A stretch of 49,840 nucleotides of DNA from a virus (taxonomy: Duplodnaviria > Caudoviricetes): the IMG/VR virus record IMGVR_UViG_3300023283_000126, positions 1 to 49,840 of that record; one strand, given 5' to 3'. The number at the start of each line of letters is the position of its first letter. Position 1 is the first letter of the stretch. A program made the translations under genes and the position numbers. A model generated the notes under the pieces. It ran no database searches, was not told the DNA's origin, and worked only from the letters and a program-made list of their open reading frames with translations. Below, piece after piece: positions 17,906 to 28,161 of the stretch.

Positions 17906-19120
17906 TCACGGCCTCGGGAAAGACCTAAATGCGATGTTCGGGAACAATCTCGACACCGGCACGGGGAACGACCGCGTGAAGTCGCCGTCTGCTGTGCCGC
18001 CGCCACCGGGGTCGCCGCCATTGCCGCCGTTGTCAGTGTCAAGCTCTTCAACCTCTATCGCTGAGATATACGAAAAGTCTGTTAAGTGAATATTAGTGAA
18101 AATCACAGAACCATCTGAAGCCGGCTCAATACTTAGAACCTCGACTGTTTGGTCGATGTTGTAATAAGCGGTGTGGCTAAGAGTATCACCGGACATAGAC
18201 AGCGAAATATTGTAGACAAAATTCGTCGTGAAGAAGGCTCTTCCGCCAAAAAGCCTTATGTGATACCTCTTTGTGTTGTCCAGGCTGTTCAACCTCATCC
18301 CGACATCTTGGGTTGTGGTCTGCGTATTGTCGTGTACGAAGTTGCCTGGAACTATCGGGCAGAAGCTAGCGACGCCAAGATCTTCTCTGAGCCTTTGAAA
18401 GGCTCCGCTTATAACCTCAAAGCTCCACCCAGTATCCTGACCAGAGCTGTCTTTCAGGTTGTCTATGCTTGGTGTAAGACTTATCGCCTGATTTATAAAA
18501 GAGGGAAACGAACTGTCTTGGCTCTGAATAAAGGTTATCCAGGACTTTCTACTCGGGGCGTAGCTATTAGCTTCTTTTAGCTCGACGTTAATTTCGTCGA
18601 AAAGATGGTTCGCAACTGAGCCGCCTATAAGACGCGCGCACATGAATAGTCGTAGAGTTCTTGAACCGGACGGAACCAGGGTTGAAAAGCTCCTGGGGAA
18701 CCATGCGTCTAGGCTGTTTGAGTAATCCTTCTGGCCGGGGGATTTATGCCCTTCCGCAAAATGCCCTGAACTATTCAAGAAGCCGAACATCATCATGCCA
18801 ACGTCGTCGGCAAAGTTCTGGCCTTCATGCCAACTAGAAAACAGATATAAAGACCCGTTGTCTAATTCTGATGTGCTGTCAACAACGGAAGTCAAATCTA
18901 TATCTTGAAAGGCTATAGCCCAGTCGCCCTCGTCGTCGGTTTCTGGTGCATCGCCGGAAAAGAAGTTATCGCCGGAGAAAGCCTCGATCCCTCCGATCCC
19001 CCCGCTTCCTATAACTTGGAACGGGCCTCGGGTGCTGTCCCATGCCTCGACGCTGCCGGTGCCGACCAAACCGTCTTCGGCGTCGTGGTTGCTGACGACT
19101 ATGGTGTATGGGGCTGGCAT
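17906..19120 (-). CDS. Putative receptor-binding/accessory virion protein with two beta-sandwich (carbohydrate-binding-like) domains
   Basis: Last tail-module gene; low-GC core; QDIDL...FLNSSG...VPSGSRTLRL...FDEI jelly-roll-like pattern; Gly linker and RxFP repeats at the C-terminus. Confidence 0.55.
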   Translation of the reverse strand: MPAPYTIVVSNHDAEDGLVGTGSVEAWDSTRGPFQVIGSGGIGGIEAFSGDNFFSGDAPETDDEGDWAIAFQDIDLTSVVDSTSELDNGSLYLFSSWHEGQNFADDVGMMMFGFLNSSGHFAEGHKSPGQKDYSNSLDAWFPRSFSTLVPSGSRTLRLFMCARLIGGSVANHLFDEINVELKEANSYAPSRKSWITFIQSQDSSFPSFINQAISLTPSIDNLKDSSGQDTGWSFEVISGAFQRLREDLGVASFCPIVPGNFVHDNTQTTTQDVGMRLNSLDNTKRYHIRLFGGRAFFTTNFVYNISLSMSGDTLSHTAYYNIDQTVEVLSIEPASDGSVIFTNIHLTDFSYISAIEVEELDTDNGGNGGDPGGGGTADGDFTRSFPVPVSRLFPNIAFRSFPRP

Positions 19121-19944
19121 CAGGCGAACCTATCAACCTCGAGGGTGAAGCCAAAGGCGACCGTGTTGACGCTGCTCGCCGACTGCACGCTGATCCGTCC
19201 GTAGATCGTCCAGGGTGTGCTGGCGTCCGTCGACTTGAAGGGGAAGCCGGCGGCGTCCAGGAAGTCGATGGTGTTGACGTCGAAGTCCTGTGCGCCCCCG
19301 TCGACCGAGGTTGTCTCGGTCTCGTACAGAAGCTCTGAGCTGGTCCTGGTGGCTGCGCTATGAAGCTGGACCTTGTAGGCGTCGGCGCTGTCGGCGATGA
19401 TTTGGAGCTTCCTCACGTAGCCCCGGTGGCCCACGGTGAAGGTGAAGTCGAGGTCATCGCCGACGTTGCCGTTGTTGCTCGCGGTCTCCGTCGTCTCGAG
19501 CGGAAAGTCGTTCGCCGGGTTGAAGAAGACCGTGTCGGCCGTCAGCGCGAACCCGCAGTTCCATCGCACCCCTGCGGTGCTGCTCACCAGAAAGCCGGGG
19601 CTGGCAGGGTCGACGAAGGCCGGCTGGCCGAGGGTGATGAAGCCGCTGAGGGTGTCGAGGGACCCCACGATGCCCATCATGACGAAGGTGCCCTCCTCGC
19701 CCGAGCTTACCGATTTGTGGGCGATGCCGGCCGGCCTGATGGCGTCCATCGAGGCGGCGTCGTAGAGCGTAGCGTTGCCGTTGGTGTCCAGGGCGACGAC
19801 CTCGCCTGTCCCGATGTCCGTGGCCGCTTGCAGGGTCGCGTGGAAGCCCCGGTCGAGGATGGTGAAGTTCGACCGTAGAGCCGTGTCCCAATCGGCCGCC
19901 CCCTGCGTCGGGCTCTCGAGGTTCTGGTTGTCGGTGAAGGCCAT
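19120..19944 (-). CDS. Minor tail/fibre-associated structural protein
   Basis: N-terminal NLESPTQGAADW...NFTILD fibre-attachment-like motif; tail context. Confidence 0.6.
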   Translation of the reverse strand: MAFTDNQNLESPTQGAADWDTALRSNFTILDRGFHATLQAATDIGTGEVVALDTNGNATLYDAASMDAIRPAGIAHKSVSSGEEGTFVMMGIVGSLDTLSGFITLGQPAFVDPASPGFLVSSTAGVRWNCGFALTADTVFFNPANDFPLETTETASNNGNVGDDLDFTFTVGHRGYVRKLQIIADSADAYKVQLHSAATRTSSELLYETETTSVDGGAQDFDVNTIDFLDAAGFPFKSTDASTPWTIYGRISVQSASSVNTVAFGFTLEVDRFA

Positions 19945-19947
19945 CTG

Positions 19948-22900
19948 CTACCTCTCGAAGAACTGAAGAGACCGAACCTGCGAGCGCAGGGCGTCGCCGA
20001 AGTCGTTGAACGGCGTGACCTTGACGGCGATGTTGCCCCGGAACGCGCCGTTGTCGGACACGTTCTGCGCCCGAGTGTAGTCGAATTGCACGGTGCTCAC
20101 AACTGTGCTCCTCACGACCACGTCGCCGCTGCCGGTGATCTCGACGCGGTACTGGGTGCTCGCCGTGTCCGTCGTGAAGCGCCCGAAGCCGCCGATCCCG
20201 TAACCCTGGAACCCGAAGCCCGCTGTCCGCGACGCGTCTTCCCATTCGACCGTGATGTCGCCCGTGTCCACGGCGAACTTGTCGACCCCCCGGAAGTCCT
20301 CTGAGCTATTCCAGATATGCAGGGGCGGCGCGATCTGGGGGCGGACGCGGGTGCCCCGGATCTGGTATTCCTTGGCCGTCACGCTCGAGACGTCGACCTC
20401 GACGCCGGCGAAGTTGTACGGGACAACTTTGTAGTAGACCGTGTTGAAGATCCTGTCTTCGTTGTACGCCTGCACGAAGACGCCGCCGGCGTGCTTGTAG
20501 AAGATGTCGCCGGAGTTGTGGGCGTGGGTGTGCGTGGCGCCGACGCCGCGATAGAGCCGGTCGAAGCGGTAGTGGTTCTGGCCGAGGAGGTTGATGCCCT
20601 CGTACGCCATCATCTCCGAGCCGACCCAGATGTTGCCGGCGCCCTGCGCGCGCCCGGTGGCGCCGACGTCGTCCAGGGTCACGTCATTCGTGAAGGTCGG
20701 GCTCGAGGCGTTGAAGCCGCTGGCAGGGTTGATGAACACCTCGACGTCTTCGACGAAGCCCTGGTCGGCCGGTAACTCGCGCATGATCCGGCCGAAGATG
20801 GGGTAGGGGTTGACGTCGAGCGCCTGCGCGAAGCTGAGGTTGTCCGACGAAAGGTAGAGCTTGGCGCCGGCCGTAAGCTCGCCCCCGTTCGCCCACCAGA
20901 CATAGAGCTGCTTGTCCTCGCCCTCGAACTCGGCAGGAAGCTCGCCCATGATGAAGTCTTGCGCGAACCGGGGCGTGCCGGTGACGGGCGTGGTCGCCAC
21001 GTCCGTCTCGTCGTGAACCCAGCCCTGCGGCTCGTCCACGAACTCCTGCTCTTCGATCAGGGACAGGGCGAAGTCGCCGGGCGCCTTTTCGTCCTTGACG
21101 ACGATGCGCGCCTTGATGCCGTTGTCGAGCAGGGGCGAGTGGCTGTCGACCACGACAACCGTGTCGCCCGGCTCGAGGTCGGCGTCCTTCCAGCCGACGC
21201 GCAGGCGCAGTTGCCGCTTGGCGTAGAGGTTGCTCCAAAGGGCGCGCTCGGCCATCTTGGATGCCATGACCTCGGACATGACGAACCTGGGCGGGAACTC
21301 CATCGGCCGGACGCCGTTGATCTCTTGGTCGAACTCGTCGCCGATCTCGACGAAGTTTTGGAGGTAGCCGAGGGACCTGTCGTAGTAGTTGACCTTGACG
21401 TAGTTCGACGTGTCGTCTATGGAGCCCTCGGTGACGCTCACCGGGCTGTCGCCCTCGTCAACCACGAAGTGCGTATTGTCCAGGGTCCGCACCACGGTGT
21501 TGCCGAACCGCTGTAGGCCGAATTTCAGCTTGCCGCCGCTCTGCGTCAGGAAGCCGCCATAGGTGGCCAACAGAAGCTCGATGATCGAGGCGGCGCTCTC
21601 GCTGCGCCGGAACTGGGCGCTGACGAAGTAGCTGTTGGCCTCGCAATACTGGTTCGCGGTGTTGTAGCTGTCGTCGTCGATGTCGCCGCTGGACACCCCG
21701 AGGCCAAAGATCGGGCTGCGCAGCATCTCGCGGATGATGAACGGCGGCGTGCGGTCCTCGCGGGTGCCGGAGATTTCCACGTTCGCGAACTTCGTGATAT
21801 AGAGCGCGCCGCCGTCTTCCTCGTCCACGTTGTCCAGGTTGCTCGTGCCCAGGCCGCTTTGAAGAAATAGCTCTCCATCTGTCTCATTATACATCGCGAA
21901 GATGTCGGAGTCGTCGTAGCCGCCGTCAGCCGCACTTGAGCTTACATTCCAGTCTTCGTTCGTATAGATCACGCCATCAAAAGACCCAGCGCCAGTAAAT
22001 GTCCCAGATATGGGGTTGTAAGTATACAGCCTGATGCCGCAATATCCATTTCTTTGATTGTTATTATCTTCGCTATCGAAAGAAGGTTTTACAAAAGAGA
22101 CTAGAAAGCCCCCTCCATCAAGTTTTTGTGCGCTCGGGCGGCAGTTGTAGTAAGCATTAGAGGTGCTGGCACTGTCGCTGAACCTCTTGCCCTCGTCCTC
22201 CCAAGGCATGTCGATGGTGTCGCTGTTGGCCAGAACCATGCTACCTTTACTGAAAACCTCGGTTGCGCTCTGAGAAACGTTCCCTGAACTGTCGACCAAC
22301 GGAGGCAAGCTTGTAATATCTGCGTAATACAGGGCGCCCAGGACGCCGGCCTCATTTGGAACGTCTGCTGACACCCACTGATTTGCAAGGCTCTCGTCGG
22401 TTGCGACATCAGTATAAGCCGCGCCTATGTGAAAATACATATGCGTCTTAATATTAAGACCGTCCACAAATGGAAGCGCAAAACTGTAAAGCCTGCCAAA
22501 GCTGCCACCCCCTTTGTTTGCGACCATGAGATTTTCACTGAAATCGAACTCGATCCTGCGGTTCGGTACGTGGTACGGCTCTGTCGTAATAACAGTAGAG
22601 TCTTCTGTGAACCCTCCTACAAAGGCATTTGCCTCTATTTCGTCTAGAGGGGGTAGATACGCAATCGCAACCATATCATCGGTCTCATAGTGAGCGGTTA
22701 CGATAACTCGGTCGTCATCTTCCTTAAGGCCGTCTAGATCGAAAATCCGAGGAGCGTCGAAACCCCTCTGTTCATCTAAGAAGCGAACGGCGCCCTGGAT
22801 AGACGGAGTATCCACATCAGGATCGAACACGGCGAACCAATACCAGAAGTCCTGGTTTTCCTTCTGCCTCCTAAAACTAACTATTGCTTTATCACGAATT

Positions 22901-23892
22901 GCCGCGCCATACAGAACTCCGTCACTAAGGGGGTTGGCACTTACTACATCAGTTCCCGCAAAGCTCTCAAGCATAGTTATCATGAAATCATTGTCGATAA
23001 ACCAGCGGAGCTCTCCGCTATTATTGTAACAGATGACGTGCCCGGAGTTACGTTCTGCACGAATTATTAAGCTCGAGACCAGAGTTTTTGATGGCGGAGC
23101 CATTCCAAAGTAGTCATCTCGGATTTCTGCGCTACTCTCGACCCGAGCGAACCGTTCAGCATCGAACTCGGCCACCGGGTCGCCCGGCCCGACCTCGAAG
23201 CTGATCTGCGGGATGCGCGGCTGGCTGCCCAGGAGAAGCTGCTTGAACCCCACCCATGAGGTGTTGGGCCAGCGCACGGGCAGGCTCGCGGTGATCGTCT
23301 GAAGGTGATCCCAGCCGTCCGTGCCCTGGCCGTTGTAGAAGAACCCCTCGTCGAAGGTCAGACCCACGCCGTCTTCGTTCTCGCCAGCCGACACGGCGCC
23401 GCCGTTGTTGAGGAGCGCGGCCGTGGTCTGGCCGGAAAGGCGCTCGGAACCGAGCCAGCCGCCCCACACCGCCACCTCCTCCGGCACGAAGCCCAGGTGG
23501 TAGACGAGGTCGACCTTGTAGGTGTACGAGACGTTGACGCTGCCGCCTCCGCCCTGTTTGCCGCCGGCGCCGCTGCCGCCGCCCTTGCCTCCGCCCTGGC
23601 TCTGCTTGGTCTCGTGCCGCAGGGTGGTGAGGTTCTCGCGGACGACGATGTTCGGGGCGACGCGGTTGGTGCCGAACAGGATGGGGATCGTGGCGCCGCG
23701 AAGCGCCTGCGACGGGCGCGGCAACTCTTCGGCGCCGGGGTCGAAGATCCTGTTCTTCTGACGGGACTGCGGCGACCAAAGCCACGAGCCCACAAGCCAC
23801 CCGACGCTGGCGCCGGTGGTCGCGGCGAGGCCGGCCGCCGAGAAACCTGCGGCGCCGACGCCTGCTAGAGCTAGTGGTGCGGCAATAGCCAT
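19948..23892 (-). CDS. Tail tip/central fibre (gpJ/GTA host-specificity-like) protein
   Basis: 1314 aa; IPILFGTNRV, PRIPQISFEV, LEPGD motifs; follows DUF2460-DUF2163-NlpC genes. Confidence 0.85.
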   Translation of the reverse strand: MAIAAPLALAGVGAAGFSAAGLAATTGASVGWLVGSWLWSPQSRQKNRIFDPGAEELPRPSQALRGATIPILFGTNRVAPNIVVRENLTTLRHETKQSQGGGKGGGSGAGGKQGGGGSVNVSYTYKVDLVYHLGFVPEEVAVWGGWLGSERLSGQTTAALLNNGGAVSAGENEDGVGLTFDEGFFYNGQGTDGWDHLQTITASLPVRWPNTSWVGFKQLLLGSQPRIPQISFEVGPGDPVAEFDAERFARVESSAEIRDDYFGMAPPSKTLVSSLIIRAERNSGHVICYNNSGELRWFIDNDFMITMLESFAGTDVVSANPLSDGVLYGAAIRDKAIVSFRRQKENQDFWYWFAVFDPDVDTPSIQGAVRFLDEQRGFDAPRIFDLDGLKEDDDRVIVTAHYETDDMVAIAYLPPLDEIEANAFVGGFTEDSTVITTEPYHVPNRRIEFDFSENLMVANKGGGSFGRLYSFALPFVDGLNIKTHMYFHIGAAYTDVATDESLANQWVSADVPNEAGVLGALYYADITSLPPLVDSSGNVSQSATEVFSKGSMVLANSDTIDMPWEDEGKRFSDSASTSNAYYNCRPSAQKLDGGGFLVSFVKPSFDSEDNNNQRNGYCGIRLYTYNPISGTFTGAGSFDGVIYTNEDWNVSSSAADGGYDDSDIFAMYNETDGELFLQSGLGTSNLDNVDEEDGGALYITKFANVEISGTREDRTPPFIIREMLRSPIFGLGVSSGDIDDDSYNTANQYCEANSYFVSAQFRRSESAASIIELLLATYGGFLTQSGGKLKFGLQRFGNTVVRTLDNTHFVVDEGDSPVSVTEGSIDDTSNYVKVNYYDRSLGYLQNFVEIGDEFDQEINGVRPMEFPPRFVMSEVMASKMAERALWSNLYAKRQLRLRVGWKDADLEPGDTVVVVDSHSPLLDNGIKARIVVKDEKAPGDFALSLIEEQEFVDEPQGWVHDETDVATTPVTGTPRFAQDFIMGELPAEFEGEDKQLYVWWANGGELTAGAKLYLSSDNLSFAQALDVNPYPIFGRIMRELPADQGFVEDVEVFINPASGFNASSPTFTNDVTLDDVGATGRAQGAGNIWVGSEMMAYEGINLLGQNHYRFDRLYRGVGATHTHAHNSGDIFYKHAGGVFVQAYNEDRIFNTVYYKVVPYNFAGVEVDVSSVTAKEYQIRGTRVRPQIAPPLHIWNSSEDFRGVDKFAVDTGDITVEWEDASRTAGFGFQGYGIGGFGRFTTDTASTQYRVEITGSGDVVVRSTVVSTVQFDYTRAQNVSDNGAFRGNIAVKVTPFNDFGDALRSQVRSLQFFER

Positions 23893-24332
23893 GTCTCATC
23901 CAGGTCGAAGTGCCGATGGTCCCTCAATCTACCACGTTCGGCCGTGAAGAACGAACGCCGGCTCTTCTGGACGACGCCGGAGCCGTTCCGGCCAAAGGCG
24001 TGTATCCAGGTATTGTCGCCGATGTAGATGGTGCCGTGGGCGAAGTTCCTGCCAAACTTCCACATAGTGATGCCGCCGACCGCCGGCTTCGAGACCGGGA
24101 AGACGTAGCCCTCGAGGAAGTCCAGGTAGATCTCATTCTCTTTGTGCAGGGTCCAGTCTGGCGGGTAGTCCTTGGGGTACGGCTTCAGCGGGCCGAAGAA
24201 CCTGCCGTAGACCTCATACAGCAGGCCACCGCAGTCGACGCCGACGCCGCGCACGCGCCCCTTGTGGACGTAGGGCGTGCCCAACCACGTCTTGCACTCG
24301 TCGACAACGCTCTGGCGCCAGTTAGAAGCCAT
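23871..24332 (-). CDS. NlpC/P60 tail-associated peptidase
   Basis: WLGTPY...GVDCGGL...HGTI...IHA. Confidence 0.9.
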   Translation of the reverse strand: MASNWRQSVVDECKTWLGTPYVHKGRVRGVGVDCGGLLYEVYGRFFGPLKPYPKDYPPDWTLHKENEIYLDFLEGYVFPVSKPAVGGITMWKFGRNFAHGTIYIGDNTWIHAFGRNGSGVVQKSRRSFFTAERGRLRDHRHFDLDETWLLPHH

Positions 24333-25182
24333 CTTCTTGTAGGGGTATCCACTTGAAGCCCATGAACCGATCTGCGTTATCATACTTGCTATGGCAGTCG
24401 GTTACAAGCCTCTTGCGGCATCCGGGGAACAGCGTGTAGCTGTCGCTGTTCTGGGGCGTGGCAGGAAAGCCGTGCGAGAGCCCGAGCAGGGACCCGGTGT
24501 GGACGCGGACGGTGCGAACCGAGCCGCTGTTGACGCCGCCTGTGGCCGTCAGCCGGCCGAAGGTGAAATGGTCGTCCGCGAACGCGGCCCCGAAGCAGTT
24601 GACCCATAGAGCCGCCTTCGAGCTACTCGAGGCCGAGATGGCCACGTCGCCGGACAGGGTGATCGTGAAGCTCGACGTGTCCACCCCGCAGCCCTGGCCG
24701 CCGAAGCGCCACGAGCACTTATCATGGTACGAGTATGGCGGCCATTCGTTGACGAGGTTGCGGACGCCGTCGCGCACCTGCCCCTGCACCTTGTTCCTGT
24801 CCCATGAGATGGCCCCGAGCGAGCCGTCGAAGATCACCATGCGGTCGAGGTCGGGCGTGTCGGGGAAGACCCTGGCCACCGTCACCGTCGAGCGGTGAAG
24901 CTCCTGGCCGGACAGGATGTCGCCGAGCACGCTGCCCGAGTTGGCCACCAGAAATTGCAGGGCGCTCGTCTTAAGCTCTGCGTTGCGCTTTCCGCCGCCC
25001 AGGGCGCGGCCGGGGAACGGATCGTAGGTCGTGGCTTGGCCGGACAGGGCGGCGGTGAGCGGCTCGTTGCCCGTGGTCCAGTGGAAGCTGCCGTTGGGCG
25101 TGAACAGGTCGACAAGCTCGACGATCTGGATACCGTCTTCCTGAAGCCGCTCGAAGAACGCGCTGGATACGGACAGGGTCAC
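24322..25182 (-). CDS. DUF2163/BR0599 tail hub protein (gpL-like)
   Basis: CSWRFGGQGC ... PGCRKRLVTDCHSKYDN..RFMGFKWIP Cys pattern. Confidence 0.85.
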   Translation of the reverse strand: MTLSVSSAFFERLQEDGIQIVELVDLFTPNGSFHWTTGNEPLTAALSGQATTYDPFPGRALGGGKRNAELKTSALQFLVANSGSVLGDILSGQELHRSTVTVARVFPDTPDLDRMVIFDGSLGAISWDRNKVQGQVRDGVRNLVNEWPPYSYHDKCSWRFGGQGCGVDTSSFTITLSGDVAISASSSSKAALWVNCFGAAFADDHFTFGRLTATGGVNSGSVRTVRVHTGSLLGLSHGFPATPQNSDSYTLFPGCRKRLVTDCHSKYDNADRFMGFKWIPLQEDGF

Positions 25183-25760
25183 AGGACCTCCTTGACCTCG
25201 AGAACGAGGTTGAAGTTGTTCCACACGCGCGGCGAGACGTAGCGGTAATTCTGTCCGAAGGCGCACTTGCGGAAGTAGGTGGTCGTTTGAACGGACCAGC
25301 TATCGCCGCCGTCCGGCGTCAGCACGTAGGTGACGATCCCGCTGGCCTGGTCGAGGGTGTAGTCGGTGCCCTGCGTCAGCGTCCCGGACGACGCGCTCAC
25401 GATGGTGAGGTCGGCGCTGTCCGGTATGACCGAGAAGCCGCTCTCGTCGCGGATGTAGAAGGTGTTCGACCCCGTGGTGAAGCCGATCTCGAGGCTGTCG
25501 ATCTCGAAGTCGTAGGGGTCCTTCATGAGGAAAGTCCGCAGCCGGCCGAAGCGGGCGTTGACGAACGCCGAAAGGCTTTGCTGTTGCGTCCTCGGGATCG
25601 AGTTGAACGAGATTTGCCATGACCGCAGGATCTTCGTCCAGGCGGTGCTCGCGTGCCGGGCGCCGTTGTCGAACTGTTGCTCGTTCACCCCGTCGCGGAA
25701 GAGCGTGGTCGTGGCCGCCGGCAGCGGGGAAACGGGGAAGATCTCTAGGCTGCTAGCCAT
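25179..25760 (-). CDS. DUF2460-like distal tail protein
   Basis: FVNARFGRLRTFLMKDPYD pattern; follows tape measure. Confidence 0.8.
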   Translation of the reverse strand: MASSLEIFPVSPLPAATTTLFRDGVNEQQFDNGARHASTAWTKILRSWQISFNSIPRTQQQSLSAFVNARFGRLRTFLMKDPYDFEIDSLEIGFTTGSNTFYIRDESGFSVIPDSADLTIVSASSGTLTQGTDYTLDQASGIVTYVLTPDGGDSWSVQTTTYFRKCAFGQNYRYVSPRVWNNFNLVLEVKEVL

Positions 25761-28161
25761 TGCCCACCTCATTGTTCAGGGCCATCTCGGCCCTCATGCC
25801 ATCGACGATCTTGTCCATGTTCTTCATCAGGAACTCGGCGCCCGTCTGCGTGTCGATGGCCTGGATCTGGATCGTGACGTTCATGCCGCCCTCGGCGCCG
25901 CTGGCGCGCACCCCGAGCTTGCCGCTGCCGTCCCGCTCGAGAGGCATGACCGCCTCCGGGCCGGCCTCGCCGCCGATGCCAAAGGCCGTGGGGCCGCGCA
26001 TGATGCCCTGTTGCGACACGCCCCCGGCGAACACCCCGCCGTCGGCGAAGAAGCCGCTGAAGAGGCTCCCAAGGGCCGCGCCGAAGCCGCCCGCGCTGCC
26101 CCCGCCGAGGCTCGACTGGATAAGCTGGATCTTGGCAAGCTCGACTAGATAGTTGACCGCCGCGTTCGTCATGGCGTTCCAGAAGCTCATCATGACGTCT
26201 TGCAGGGATGCAGTGCCCATGACGAGGCCTGAGATGGCGTCGCCCACCTGCGTCTCGATGACCTCGCCGACCGCTGTCCATGTCCTCTTGACGAGGAGCC
26301 CCTTCGCCGTCACGTTTTCGCCGGCTTTCTCGAGCTTGGCGTTCAGCCTCTCGATGGTGGCGATCTGTTCCTTCATCGCCTCCTTCTCGACACTCGTCGC
26401 GTCAAGCATCTCCGTCTGTAGCTGAAGGATCTTGATGCGGTTCTTCTCGACCTCTTGGCTGAACTTCTCGACCGTCTTCCTGGCCTCGTCGATGAACTCT
26501 GAGGAGAAGAACTTCGCGAAGCCCTTGTCCTCTTTCCCCAACTCGTTGATCCTGCGCTGGATCTTGGCAGTCTCCGCCATGATCTTCTTGGCATTGAGTA
26601 GGGCTTCGGCCGTCTTCTCGGCGGCGGCGGCCGTGTCCTTTTGGTTGTTCGTGCCATCGGTGATCTCGACGTTCAGCTCTGAGGCGTTCTTGATGATCTC
26701 CCCCATCCGGTCGCGGATGTCCTGCCAGCCGCCCAGGGCCTCGAAGGTATTTTCGACGAACTTGTCCGTTTCCGTCTCGGCGTCCCCGAGCAGCCCGGCG
26801 AAAAAGTTGCCCGTAACGGTGCCGCCCCCGGCCGCCGCGTCCGCGATCTTCTTCTGAAGCCTCTCGACCCTGCCCTCGGTGAAGCCCAGAAAGTCGGTGA
26901 CGCGGGCGGCGAGGACGAGGGCGCTGTCGATCCACGAAGCCAACTGGTTCTTGATAAGGCCGAAGGCGGCGCCGACGAGGCCGCCCGCTGGACCGAAAAG
27001 CAGGAAGCCAGTCAGGCCGAACTGCGCGGCGGAACCGAGAGCCCCGATCACCTTGTCGCCCATGCCAGTGAGCGAGTTAACGAAGCCGGAAAAGTTGTCT
27101 GAAAGTCGATCAAAGAGCGTGAAAAATATTCCGATGGCGGCACCGACTTTCCCAAAGAACAGGCGCCCAATAAGCCCAGTAGCGATGACGTCACCGCCGA
27201 GAGCGCCCATGGCATTGGAGACGGTCTCTATGACGACCAGAGCGGCCTGCCCCAGCCGCGCGACTGCCTGAGCGGCGCCGGCGCCGATGCGGACTATGTC
27301 TTTCAGGATCTCGACGAACCGCTCAACATCGCTCTTTTGCAAGCCATCAGTGAACTCGTCAAGGCGCTTGGCCATGGCGTTGATGAAGATCCCGATCCGC
27401 GTGTCCAGGCCGAACTGGCCAAAGACCTTGTTGATCAGCCTTTCCCATGCCTGTCGGATGCGCGCCTGAGACCCTTCGAGCGTGTTGGCCATGATCTCGG
27501 AGAAGCCGCCGAAGCTTTCTTTGGCGCCCTTGATGAAGGCGTCGATACCCTCTTTGGCCGAGACCGCTCCCTGCGAAACAGCCTCGATGAACTCTGGTAT
27601 GGTCCTTTCCGTCTCACGGGCCATGAGCGCGATGGCGAACGGAACAGCCTCACCAAGCTGTTGCCGTAGCTCCTCCATCGAGACGACGCCCTTACCGGCG
27701 ATCTGCTGGATCGCGATGATCGCGCGGTTGATCTCGTCGGTGCCCCCGCCGAAGGCCGAGACGCTGTCGATGATCGCTTTCAGGGACCCATCGAGCGGGT
27801 CCATGCCGGCGGCCTTGAGGCGACTGAAGCCGTCGAGCATCGTCTTCGTGTCAATGGGGACGCCACGGAACTCGTCTCGAAGCTCCTGAAAGGTCTCGTT
27901 TGCCTTGTCGAAGCCACGCTCGAAGAAGGCGAGGCGCACCCTGGCCTGCTCGAGGCTGCTCGCAAGCTCAAGGATCTGCTTGCCGAAGGCGATGGCGCTG
28001 CCGGCCGCGATGGAGGTGAGGACGACGTCGATAGCGCGCAGACCGCGCGCTGTGTTCCGGCCAGCGCGCTCGACCTTTTGCATGTCGCCGCGAAGCCGGC
28101 TGAAAGCTGTTCGCGTACGATTGAACGCTGTGAATACGAGGTCGACGCCGAGCCTTGCCAC
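25753..28161 (-). CDS. Tape measure protein
   Basis: QIAGKGVVSMEELRQQLGE domain, Ala/Gly-rich helices, C-terminal FADGG...GEAGPEAVMPL. Confidence 0.95.
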   Translation of the reverse strand: MARLGVDLVFTAFNRTRTAFSRLRGDMQKVERAGRNTARGLRAIDVVLTSIAAGSAIAFGKQILELASSLEQARVRLAFFERGFDKANETFQELRDEFRGVPIDTKTMLDGFSRLKAAGMDPLDGSLKAIIDSVSAFGGGTDEINRAIIAIQQIAGKGVVSMEELRQQLGEAVPFAIALMARETERTIPEFIEAVSQGAVSAKEGIDAFIKGAKESFGGFSEIMANTLEGSQARIRQAWERLINKVFGQFGLDTRIGIFINAMAKRLDEFTDGLQKSDVERFVEILKDIVRIGAGAAQAVARLGQAALVVIETVSNAMGALGGDVIATGLIGRLFFGKVGAAIGIFFTLFDRLSDNFSGFVNSLTGMGDKVIGALGSAAQFGLTGFLLFGPAGGLVGAAFGLIKNQLASWIDSALVLAARVTDFLGFTEGRVERLQKKIADAAAGGGTVTGNFFAGLLGDAETETDKFVENTFEALGGWQDIRDRMGEIIKNASELNVEITDGTNNQKDTAAAAEKTAEALLNAKKIMAETAKIQRRINELGKEDKGFAKFFSSEFIDEARKTVEKFSQEVEKNRIKILQLQTEMLDATSVEKEAMKEQIATIERLNAKLEKAGENVTAKGLLVKRTWTAVGEVIETQVGDAISGLVMGTASLQDVMMSFWNAMTNAAVNYLVELAKIQLIQSSLGGGSAGGFGAALGSLFSGFFADGGVFAGGVSQQGIMRGPTAFGIGGEAGPEAVMPLERDGSGKLGVRASGAEGGMNVTIQIQAIDTQTGAEFLMKNMDKIVDGMRAEMALNNEVGNG

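Noticed and set aside
17906-23892. Diversity-generating retroelement or invertible tail cassette
   Set aside because: No reverse transcriptase, invertase, TR/VR pair or inverted repeats seen
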